NCBI GenBank assembly: GCA_043228905.1
Contig: JBHGNT010000020.1
Span: 15,438,001-15,502,000 of the forward strand
From: Azolla caroliniana
Lineage: Eukaryota > Plantae > Polypodiophyta
Length of the DNA stretch: 64,000 nucleotides
Direction: 5' to 3'
This document shows positions 38,501-48,952 of this stretch, one piece after another; positions within the stretch are counted from its first letter, which is position 1; each line of letters starts with the position of its first letter. The notes beneath the pieces were generated by a model. The model made no database searches, had not been told where the DNA came from, and was given only the letters and a program-made list of their open reading frames with translations. Position numbers and translations under genes: made by a program.

Positions 38501-41005
38501 GCCGACCTGTCTCCACACCCTTGGACCGGAACCAGAAGCTTCGTCCCAACTCCAGACCGGCCTGCAACGAGAAACGGTTCCGACAAATTGTCGAAAGCCT
38601 TATTTACTTGACTATCACACGCCCTGACATCAGCTATCTGGTCGGAATGATAAATTAGTTCATGCAGAAACTGACCGTGGAGCACCTTTAGTGCGCGCAA
38701 CGGATACTGCGATATGTAAGCGGCACGAAGGACCGGTGACTGTTATACCGGCGAGGTATAACCGAAGAGCTCATCGGTTACACGGATGCTGATTGGGCCG
38801 GCGATGCATCAAATCGCCGATCAACCTCCGGTTACATGTTTTCCCTAGGTAGCGCGACTGTTGCATGGAGCAGCAAAAAGCAACCAACAATTGCTCTGTC
38901 GAGCACTAAGGCTGAGTATCGGGGCGCTACCATTGCCACCTGTGAAGCCATTTGGCTTCGGCGACTGCTGCAAGACCTACGGATCGAGGTACCGACCCCG
39001 ATTCTGTTCTACTGCGACAACATAAGCAACATGCAACTCGCCAAGAACCCCGTATTCCATGCTCGCACAAAGCACATAGAAGTGCACTATCACTTCGTGC
39101 GTGAGCGTGTCCTGAGCAATGAGGTTGAACTTCGGTATGTTCACACGGATCGGCAAGTTGCCGACATCTTCACTAAGCTGCTCTGATCGGACAAGTTGCA
39201 GCACTTCACCGAAATGCTTGGTGTTCAACATCTCGACGTGCCACACTGGAGGGGGAGGACGAGCGAAGACATCGGAACGGGCAAAGGCAAAGAGACTGTT
39301 GCCGACACCGGTAAGGGAAGAACCGGAAGAGGGGGAGACAAGGGGGTTGAAGCAGCCGAGGATGGAAGCAAGGCCAAGACCCGGATGTGGTCTGATGTTG
39401 TGAAGGGCCTTAAACCGAAAGATGAGTCGAAGGATATCGACTCGGACAAGAGCTGAAACGAATCGGGGACAGCCGATTCGGATCAACAGACGGATCCGGA
39501 TGAACCGAATCAACTAGAGGTCAAGCAGACACGGATGCAGCGGAAGTCGATGCCATCGCAGAGGAACCGACGGATCGGCAAGCGTCGGAGTCATAGCAAC
39601 GAAGGAGCTGAGAGGGGCCTATTGAGCAGACATGCCGACCGAGAAGGTCGAGGCGCGCCGAACTAGAAGGTTCGCGGCAAATGGGACCGGACCGAACGAG
39701 GAGCGCGAGCAAGGCGAAGCGACGCCAGGAGAAGTCGGTTGGGAGAACCGGCTGCCACAGAGACTGACACTAAGATCCAACCTCAAGTTGAGCTTGAGGG
39801 GGAGTGTTGAGCGGCAAGCTCAACTAGAGCCGGATCGGCTGAATAAGCCTGAGCCAGCAAGTGAGACGGATCGGTAAGCTGTGAGCAACCAAGCCGGCAA
39901 GCAACAGAGCCGGTGAGCTGGGGAGCCGGTTAGCCGGATCCAATCAGTAACCGGAAGCCTAGTATTAGTGTAGACTACTAGGCAATTATAGTCTCTTAGT
40001 AAGTGTTAGATGCTTGTGTGAGCATTGAAGTAAGCGGTACATCTGTCAGTCCCACGAGGACTTGTATAAATAATGCTACTAAGCATAGTTGTATGTACAG
40101 AGTGTTTTTATTGTTTTTGAATAGAGCCTTGAACTTCTGCTCTCTCTGTCTCTCCCGTGTACTCTATGTATTCCCTACCTTCTCTATTTTATAACGCTTC
40201 CACAAGTAATCGTTTACAATCCGACTCCCCCCTACTGCAACAACATGAGCAATATTCATCTGGCTCGGAACCCAGTGTTCCACACGCGCACGAAGCATAT
40301 CGAAGTGCACTATCACTTCATCTGAGAGCGCGTTCAAGCTGGAGATGTCGACCTTAACACATCAACACGAATCTTCAGACAATCGACATCTTCACGAAAG
40401 CCATAGGAGCCAACAGGCTTCGGCAATTCATGTCAGACCTTGGATTGATGATCCCTGACTTGCCAAGCTTGAGGGGGAGTACAAGAGAGAACCGGATATC
40501 GTCTGAACCGGATACCAACTGAAGCGGACATCAACCGAAAGAAACCGACCCAAGTTGAGCTTGAGGGGGCATGTTGAGAATCAAGCTCAACATAGTCTAA
40601 TGTGTGAACACACCTTTGAGAATCTATAAGCAGTCAAAGGTCAAAAGTCACCACTACTCTATACACATTAACTATGTGTCACAGAATCATATTCTATGAC
40701 ACATAACTAATGAGTTTCCATATTTCCCATGACCCATGAGCTTATATAGCTCTAGAGAGAGAGTGGTGTGTAATGAAGAGAGAGGGCGACTTTATATAAA
40801 GCACCCTCCTCATACTTCATATAGGGTCGGTTGTTGCTCCTTGTAATGCTACATTTTTGTACTAAATATTCTCCTTGTTAATATACACATTCTTCTTGAG
40901 TACTTCATTTTCTCTTGTCTATCTTGTGATTCTCTTCTCTCCTCTTTCCACACACACATAACACACATCTCTTCCGTTGCATAGAATCATATTCGATTCT
41001 TTACA
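29595..41005 (+). mobile_element. Degenerate Ty1/copia element (outer host of a nested Copia)
   Basis: LTRs at 29595-29982 and 40572-41005 (TGTTGAGAATCAAGCTCAAC...TTTACA, diverged). PBS TGGTATCGGAGC at 29983-29994. PPT TTGAGGGGGCA at ~40561-40571. Decayed gag (KLDRNNFASW), SGASNHMT, integrase (TPQQNGVAERKN), RT (MDVKNAFL, LYGLKQAPRAW) and an RNase H split at 34513/40219. Flanks TGAAT/ATGGG do not match. Confidence 0.92.
34514..40218 (+). mobile_element. Full-length Ty1/copia element nested in the RNase H of the outer Copia
   Basis: 414-bp LTRs at 34514-34927 and 39805-40218 (about 17 differences by eye). PBS TGGTATCGGAGC at 34928-34939. PPT before 39805. TSD ATACG/ATCCG. Contains gag, CWYCSKKDHRESEC, WYVDSGASNHM, LRSDGGKEY, LLYVDDL and YCDNIS...TKHIEVHYHFVRE with multiple stops. 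Confidence 0.96.
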
Positions 41006-41348
41006 ATGGGGATATGCATTGGTCCCTGTCACTTGGTGATGGGAAAGGAAAGCAGCAAATGAATGTATTAATGTATTAGTAGTATATAGGTACTCAAGCA
41101 ATGACATAATGACATGTGGTCGAATGGGTGGAGAAGTTTATATGTATGTAATTTTGTCGATGGTAATGGAGGGAGAAACACGAAACAGAGCCAAAGATGG
41201 AGCCATTCCCATTCATTCATTCAATTTCTTGGACTACATAAATTGAAATTATGGCGCTAAAACGTGCGCATGCATCTCCATTTCTCCTGGCTCTTCTACA
41301 GACAGACGCAGAAAGAGAGAGAGAGAGAAATAGAGAGTTTGTGTTTCC

Positions 41349-43433
41349 ATGGATGAAGAATTCTTTCTTCAGACGCCAGTTTCCTTGACGCAGGAGCAGA
41401 GGTATCGGATTGCGCGGCAGAAGGAGCTCGCCCTTGCCAAACGATCAGCCAGAGATCTCCCCAGGCACCCTTCCATATCTGCACAGATTCATGAATATGA
41501 TATCGCAGGAGCAGATACGAAAGGCAAGCTCCCTGCATCTACTCATCGCGCATCTCATCTTCTAAGAGAGAAAAACGTTAGCTCTTCAGATCGTTCCTAC
41601 CTTCCTAATCCGTTCAGAAAATTTTCTTTAAAGCCTTTCTCCCCGCCTTTTCAAGTTGTCATTGATCTCGAAGAAGAAGACAGCCACGGATGGAAGGAAG
41701 ATGCTAGAATTAGGTCTGAAAATCAACACAAAAAAGATCAAGCTCGAGAGAGAACTTCAGAATGCCTACATCCTCTTCCAATCTCTTTGAAAACCAACAT
41801 GAACACGAACCCCAATGGACCATCACAGAGAATGCATAGTGTGAAAGAAGTTATAGATTGTGATGCACCATACTCAGGCGGGGCTATGCATGTACCAAAA
41901 AGTAAAACTGAAAGTTATTCGAGATCCGAGAATAACAGTATAGAAAAAGGGGAATGGAGGTCAGTCCGAAAGAGGAGCCTGCCTGGAAGTATATTTGGCA
42001 AAGTGGAAAGCTCCAGTCTTCACACTGGTATCTCAAATGCAAAGAACAAGTTTGATATGGGAACTGTTTCAATCACTGAGCATCCTTCCAAGAAACGCGG
42101 CGGCAAGCTTGCCTTATCTAGTCAGCAAAGAAATGTGCTTCTCGCTATCTCTTCTGGGAAGTCAGTCTTTCTTACTGGCTCTGCAGGAACTGGGAAAAGC
42201 TACTTGCTGCAAGAAGCAGTATACACCCTGAAGAACATGTATGGTGCAAATTCGGTTTTCATAACAGCATCTACTGGCTTGGCTGCTTGTGCAATTGGTG
42301 GCATGACATTGCACTCATTTGCTGGCATTGGGCTTGGCACTGGTCCAAAGAAAGATCTGGTAAACAAAGTGGGCACTAAAAGAGATGCAAGGAAACGGTG
42401 GATCGATTGTAAGGCCCTTATCATTGATGAAATCAGTATGATCGATGGGGAGCTTTTTGACAAGCTTGAGTATGTGGCCAGCATTGTTAGAGGACCAACA
42501 GGCAGAAATAAAGTATTTGGTGGGATCCAGTTGGTTGTGACAGGGGATTTCTTCCAGCTTCCACCAGTACAACCAGAGAATCCAGCAAAGTATTTTGCTT
42601 TTCAGGCAGATTGCTGGAATAAATGCTTCGATTTGCAAGTTGAGCTAACAGAGGTTTTTAGACAATCAGACTCTGAATTTGTCAAAATGCTGAATGAAAT
42701 CAGAAAAGGATATTGCTCGCCATCAAGTGAGGCCAAATTGAAGTCTTGTAACAGACCATTGAAGAGTACAAACATGGGTGTTCTATTGACTAAGCTCTAT
42801 CCTCGCAAGATGGATGTCAGTAAGGAAAATGAACAGAAATTAAGGTCTCTTAATGAAGAGACTAGAGTTTTTATTGCCAAAGATGATAGCAAAACGGACT
42901 TTGCAGCACGACAGCTAGACAATGTAAGAGCAGTGAAAGAGCTTTGCCTTTCTGTTGGGGCCCAAGTAATGCTTGTGAAGAATGTGGATTCAGGTGTTGG
43001 TCTAGTCAATGGTGCCAGAGGTGTTGTTGTACGCTTTACATCTATTGAAGAGCTTGATGAAGGGAAGGATCTTGCAAAAAAAATCAGTACTAGTGGTGTA
43101 TGGCCAGTAGTCCTATTTGCATGTGATGGTGTGGAGAGGTTATTACGTCCTGAAAGCTGGACTGTTTTAGATGGTAACACTGAAGTTGCAAAGAGAACTC
43201 AAATACCTTTGGTTTTGGCATGGGCTCTTAGTGTGCATAAATGTCAAGGGATGACTCTCGATAGAGTGGAAATTGATCTCTCAAGATCATTTGAATATGG
43301 CATGGTTTATGTAGCATTATCCCGTGTAAAAGGTCTGGATGGGTTAAACTTACTGGGTTTTGATACATCTCGAATCAAGGTACATCCGAAGGTTCTGCAG
43401 TTCTATGAAGAGTTGCAAGCTGGCCAGCTTTAA
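41349..43433 (+). CDS. PIF1: PIF1-family 5'-3' DNA helicase (cellular type, intronless ORF)
   Basis: 694 aa with SF1B motifs FLTGSAGTGKS, TASTGLAA..IGG.TLHSFAGIG, IIDEISM, FGGIQLVVTGDFFQLPPV, EVFRQSD, GAQVMLVKN...LVNGARG, QIPL.LAWALSVHKCQGMTLD and GMVYVALSRV. There is a ~250-aa low-complexity N-terminus and no HUH Rep domain. Confidence 0.95.
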   Translation: MDEEFFLQTPVSLTQEQRYRIARQKELALAKRSARDLPRHPSISAQIHEYDIAGADTKGKLPASTHRASHLLREKNVSSSDRSYLPNPFRKFSLKPFSPPFQVVIDLEEEDSHGWKEDARIRSENQHKKDQARERTSECLHPLPISLKTNMNTNPNGPSQRMHSVKEVIDCDAPYSGGAMHVPKSKTESYSRSENNSIEKGEWRSVRKRSLPGSIFGKVESSSLHTGISNAKNKFDMGTVSITEHPSKKRGGKLALSSQQRNVLLAISSGKSVFLTGSAGTGKSYLLQEAVYTLKNMYGANSVFITASTGLAACAIGGMTLHSFAGIGLGTGPKKDLVNKVGTKRDARKRWIDCKALIIDEISMIDGELFDKLEYVASIVRGPTGRNKVFGGIQLVVTGDFFQLPPVQPENPAKYFAFQADCWNKCFDLQVELTEVFRQSDSEFVKMLNEIRKGYCSPSSEAKLKSCNRPLKSTNMGVLLTKLYPRKMDVSKENEQKLRSLNEETRVFIAKDDSKTDFAARQLDNVRAVKELCLSVGAQVMLVKNVDSGVGLVNGARGVVVRFTSIEELDEGKDLAKKISTSGVWPVVLFACDGVERLLRPESWTVLDGNTEVAKRTQIPLVLAWALSVHKCQGMTLDRVEIDLSRSFEYGMVYVALSRVKGLDGLNLLGFDTSRIKVHPKVLQFYEELQAGQL

Positions 43434-44808
43434 CTGATGAGTGATTTTGCTCGGTTGAAGAGTTGCAAACTGATGGGCTTTGAATCTTTTAAATTTTGGG
43501 TTCACGGTATATGACATGGCTAATGGGGCAAATATTTTAACCAATGCCCAGAGTCTCTAATTTCATAGGAATCCTGTATGGAATTTTGTTAAATTCTTTT
43601 CAAACATTGATTGCCATAATTCGTCCGTCATTTTAGTTTTTATCTCATGGTGTTAGTATTTGATGGTTCTGTACTGTCATTTTACTCGGCTTATCTGAGA
43701 GTCGGTCAACAATTTTGCATTCTATTAAAATCTGGCAATAATTCCATGAATCCATTAATTGGTAATAGTTCATGCTCCTCTCTATAATCTCTCCATAATG
43801 GATGCATCCAATGATTCCAATCAATTAACTACAAATTTACTATTGTCAAGTTTGATCTACTAGTTTATACATCCACTATTGCTATATATTTATCCTTTTC
43901 ATGCTCTACTTCAGAATTTTACTTCAAACTGGACTTTCTCAAGGCTTTATTTATGAGCTACTAATCTCAATCGGTTTTTTAGAGATAAATTATGCCTTAG
44001 TAATTCTACGAGAGTTTTCTGGTAGATAAGGTTTCAAGTTAAGGGTATAAAATGGGCTTTAGTTTAATATACTTATAAATAATGATTCAATAGTAAAAGC
44101 CAACTGTCATGAAACCATTCATCACGTCCACCTCTCATAGCAGTTGATGGACTTAATATTTTCATTCCAAACCACAGGCAATGGAGAAAGAGGTGTTTTA
44201 GTAGTTCACAGATGACCATGGTACAACTGCACATATAGGATTGTGCCAAATCTCTATACTTAACTTTTGAAAGAAATAGCATTTAAGTGATGTAACTACA
44301 GATCCTGATTCCTATATGGATTTTAGTTACCTGAAATCAGTATATGAAGGTTATTTCCCATTCAAGAACATTCAGCCCTTTTTACTTTGGTCAAAAACAC
44401 ATGTAGAGTCAATATGAGGGTGCCAAATATATATATTTTAAGGCCCTGGAAGTCAGAGCCGCGTCTACCTACCTATGTTTGACACAGAAGATTCAATGCT
44501 TAGATAAGAAAATAAGTATCAACACTTTTACATTGAACATATCCTGAGAAGAGATAAGTATATGAACTAAAAGTTGTTTTCTCTTTTATTCAAATGTATG
44601 ATAGAAAAAAGAAGAGGTTGTCCTCTTTACTATTCTATTAATATATCACATAATACATTATGAACCACCCAATATACACGATTCATATTGACACAATGCG
44701 CACAGGCTGGAGGTGACATTCCAACATGTAAATACTTGAAAGAATCTTGACATCGGAACGTCTTCCTGAAGAAAGAATATCAGAGTAGGGTCTTAAAACA
44801 TTTAGCTT

Positions 44809-46610
44809 TCAACAGACATTGCATGAGAATTCTCCATACTTGAAATGATGGATACGATAAGCAACTCTAATAATGATGTTATATTTCTCTATCTTCGATC
44901 TGAATTTGATCGCATTATGACAGAATGCACACACAACAAGATTCTTGGAAACCCAGATAGTTGTGCCAGGGTCTGTGTTAATGAGACCAATTGGAATAGC
45001 AAGCTTCTCACAATGACCATTAAAGCATATTCCCCCGCCTTATCAGGTAGGGGATCATACCTAACAACTCTTCAGCCATCTTTGATGTAAGCCTCATTTT
45101 CTCAATCTTCGCAGTTAGATCAGTGCCTCTCATTAGGCTCTATAACAACTGATCCAGGATTATTCCAGGCCTGGATAGACTTTTTCATTGCATGCGATGT
45201 TTTTGTATCTGCTCTCAGGAGATCATTGACAAAGACATCAGAAATCAAATCATAATCCACAGCAAGCTGATGATCAAGATCATTCTCCCTGTTTACATAC
45301 GCTTTATAATTAAAAACAAGAGAGTTCCAACTCTCCACATTGGCAGGTAGGGACCAGCCTTCCAGCAATACAGCTGCTTTATTTACACGTCCTGCCTTGT
45401 CAAGTACACTAATGAAGCTGGCACAGTGAATCATAACAGGAGTGACACCATAAACCTCTTTCATTGACTTGATAACATCGATTGCTTCATAGACTTGATT
45501 TGTTTCTTTACAAAAAGTAAAGAGGATTGTAAATGTTGAGACATCTGGTTTTTACTAATTTGATCATATCCTCCAATGCTTAATCAAAGACTCCAAAATC
45601 ATCATCATACCGACTCAAAATTGCCAAATCATGCATTCCAGATTGAAGCATCATGCATTGACAACTTCTTGAAATGATTTTGTGCCTCTTTTATCCCTGA
45701 CATTTTAGCATACAAAGAATCAAGGGTTCTTCGCATACCTGGATTAGCCTAAAAATCCCTTTCAATCACATAGGCATTAATTCACGTCAAGCCATTCAAG
45801 TTACCAGTTTCCACATAGGCTCTGAGGGCATCCAGAATCAAAACAGGGTTAGCTTCTACAGCCCATTGCATTCTTTGAAACAGGTTGAGTGCTTCCTGAT
45901 AGTTACCATGATGGTCACATGTTCGTAACATTTCTTTGCATGTCAAAACACTGAAACTAAACAGGTCAAACGACTTACACACACCCTCAAGGTTACTGCA
46001 TTTTGAACACATGTCAATAAATGCACTGGAAATATAATGATATGTTTCAAATTCCCTTTCTTTCAGGTGCTCATGCACCATTTTACCATTTCAATGGAGC
46101 TTTCCCATGAAATTGCCTTCAGAAAACTGGAACATACAACATTGGACATATCTCTTCCATCTTGGAGCATATCTTTGTAAAATTGTAGTGATTCCTCAGC
46201 TGTGCCATTCTGGATATAACCTGACAACATTGCATTCAATTCCTCATTGTGAGACATTTTTGTGACCACTCCTCTTGCATCTGAATAGCACTTAAACAAG
46301 TAGCAATGAGTGCATGTCCGACAACGGGATCAACTTCCAGATTACCTGCTTTAATATGCTCATGAATCAACATTCCCTGATGTCTTCCAGAAGAGAGCTA
46401 GCATTTACAGCATCCAAGTAAACTGAATTATATGCCTTCAGCTCACTTTCCTGCATTTCCCAGAAAAGCTTAAGAGCACCTCAGCATATCCCTGGTGTAT
46501 AAGTGCGACAATCTTAGAAAACCATGGTAAAACCTCACCCCTAGGTAGTTTATTCGAAACAGCCCAAGCCTAATCAAGACACCCCTAGCATGTGCATCTC
46601 TATGAGTGTC
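44809..46610 (-). pseudogene. PPR-E-DYW editing-factor pseudogene, probably DYW:KP subtype
   Basis: Frameshifted PLS repeats (AMLSGYIQNG, DMCSKC, LDKAG...WNSL), then KKSIQAWNNPGSVVIE, DLTAKIEKM and EYAL. Positions 45018-44809 read GHCEKLAIPIGLINTDPGTTIWVSKNLVVCAFCHNAIKFRSKIEKYNIIIRVAYRIHHFKYGEFSCNVC*, with HxE and CxxC zinc ligands. Confidence 0.85.
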
Positions 46611-46712
46611 TCGAGATTATGGTGGTGGGTGGAAAGAGAGTTACCCTCCCATCATTCTTCAATGGTGATCCCAGCTAGGGATTGTTAAGTATCTAGCATC
46701 CGAGACACCAAT

Positions 46713-47276
46713 TGTGGAGACAATAACACCAACAAGGGACATTGAGCTCAACAAAACAATAGGAAAAGGGAGATAGAGTAAACCCCTATAGGAAGCCTTG
46801 TAGGTAATGGGCAACTTAGTGTGAAAGGAATCTACTTCCTTTGTAAAAAAAAGTTATAATACTCACTCTTTGGTGACTTCTTTTTAGCTCTTCTCCATCT
46901 TTAGGTTTTCTCCTTTCTATTAGCGTATTAGGAGCTTCCACCATATCCTCTATTAGAGCTAAATGTGATTACAGTTCAATCAAAGCGAGCCAAACTCTAA
47001 TCCCTCTACTCTTATATGGTGCTAAACCTCGTTGTTAATCAGATGTGTATGTTTATCTCTTGTCTTCTTTGTCTAAGCATCTAATTCTATTATGAGAAAG
47101 AGTAAAGCGAGAGAGAGAGTGAGTATACCCGTTAATCATTAAGGTTAGTCAAACCATTAGCTCAAGAGTGATTGATAACCACTCTTGCAGGGCTCGCAAC
47201 CAAAAGGGTATATGCCAATCTGGATCCTAAGCACAACGATATCGATGAAAGGTATAACTCCATTGATTCATAGACA
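46713..47276 (+). mobile_element. Old LTR related to the LTR at 62680-63242
   Basis: TG...CA bounded and followed by TTTGGTG. It shares the blocks CAAAAGGGTATATGCCAATCTGGATCC / CAAGAGGGTATACGCCGGTCTGAATCC and ACTCCAT(T/C)(G/A)AT(T/A)CATAGA with the right-edge LTR. Confidence 0.55.
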
Positions 47277-48639
47277 TGTTTTGGTGTGAGCATATGGAAA
47301 CCACACAAGGACTAATAATGCAATGGACATTATGATATCTTGCCCATAGATAGGTGAAAGTTTGTGTGTTTAGTGCCCATCTTGGTTTGCATGTAATTGT
47401 TGCGCTCAATCTTTTCAAGCTAGAGCAATAATTTTTTAGACCCGTTGCACAAGATTTTGTTTAAAATCTTGCTTGGCCATTACACCTTGTGATCATGAAC
47501 TCCCCCAAAGAGTGAGCGACTAGTTTTTTTTATGAAATAAAGCCCACAATCAGTCAAGAGCTTGAGTGAACACTTGAACTAGAAATATCATATTCATATT
47601 TGGATTTGTGTGGTGTTTTTACCATCATTCTTTGGGTACGATTTGGCTTCCATCCATTTTGTGCAATAGTTTACGGTTATTATGTACATATATGGTTGTG
47701 AAGCACCATTGATGTGAATGGGTTGCGATCAACCTTCAATGGGTTGGGTGTTTGTGCCCTTGGTAGTCACCACAACGTTTGGCAAACTCAAACCAATTTT
47801 TAAGTTATGTGAACAACTATAAACTTACTTGGAGGATCTTGCATGCCATGAGATAGGGCTAAATTAGGTCTTGCTTTGCTTTCCCAACTTGCTTGCTCAA
47901 TCACTAAAAGGACATCAAGATCTAATACACATTTGCATAAGTATATATTCCGTACCTCTACAAAGGTAGCATTATATCACCATTAAAGGTTCATAATGTT
48001 GTTGTAAGATAGGGATTCCTTCGGCTAGTGTACAAACAATATCTTATGCCCACTTTGATTTCATATCCATTACGAATAGTCAATATTTGATGGTTCATTA
48101 TCAATACCCAAGGGATTTTCTCCACCTAACATTAGAGAGAAATGATTTGCTAAGACATGTCCATTTCCCATCTTCATATCTCGTGGTTAGGCTAGATCTA
48201 GTATAAATGTGAAGGTTGAGGCATTTGTGTGGACATGAAATTCTTTCTTCTAATTTGGCGACCCAAGGATGGATGCTCTAGCAAACTATTACTATAGTAG
48301 CTTGTGTATAGCATGAAAGCTTGTGAATTCTTTTCATTGTTAGCTTCGGGCTTTCCAAGATAACAACTTAGACAATGTCCTAACTAGCATGTAATCATAC
48401 GAAGCTTAGTTGGCTAATCTAGTGACTACAAAGGTGAGGTAATTTTCAACGCCTTACTTTGTGCTATGAGTTGGATTGAACAACTAACGATGAAGAGTTT
48501 TACCTAAGCATCATTCATTTGGTGTTCCTCTACTCCGACCAACATTCATAACTTATGATAGACTCTTACCTCAGTATAGAGTATTGTACAAGTGATGTCA
48601 TCTAACTTTAGTGAGGATGTCCTAAAACAACATTTATTA

Positions 48640-48952
48640 TGTGCTATGGCTATTATGAAATTTTGGTCATGGCTTTTTGTTTGACTAATGTTCTAGTTAC
48701 TTTTCAACAAGTAATGAATAACATTTTCCCAGAACAAATTAGAAATTGATCGTTATTTTCTTGGATGATATTATACTCTATAATCATATATTAGAAAAAG
48801 GACATGGTAAACATGACCATCCTATTTTACAGACATTGTGCTACAAACAATTCTTTGCAAAGATCTCGAAATGTGAGTTCGTGAAGAAATCAATTAGATA
48901 TCTCAGACATCTTATAACTAAACAAGGAGTCGAATTAATCCTTGTTGCATAG
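48640..48952 (+). mobile_element. Highly degenerate Ty3/gypsy reverse-transcriptase remnant
   Basis: GYYEILVMAFCLTNVLVTFQQVMNNIF then IVIFLDDIIL...FFAKISKCEF..SIRYL, matching the gypsy RT pattern GHYEFLVMPFGLTNAP..FLDDILI..KCEF. Confidence 0.75.

Noticed and set aside
41349-43433. Pif1 as a Helitron RepHel gene
   Set aside because: No HUH Rep motifs upstream, no Helitron ends seen, the ORF is intact, and the motifs (TLHSFAGIG, QIPL.LAWA.SVHKCQG) are of the cellular Pif1 type.
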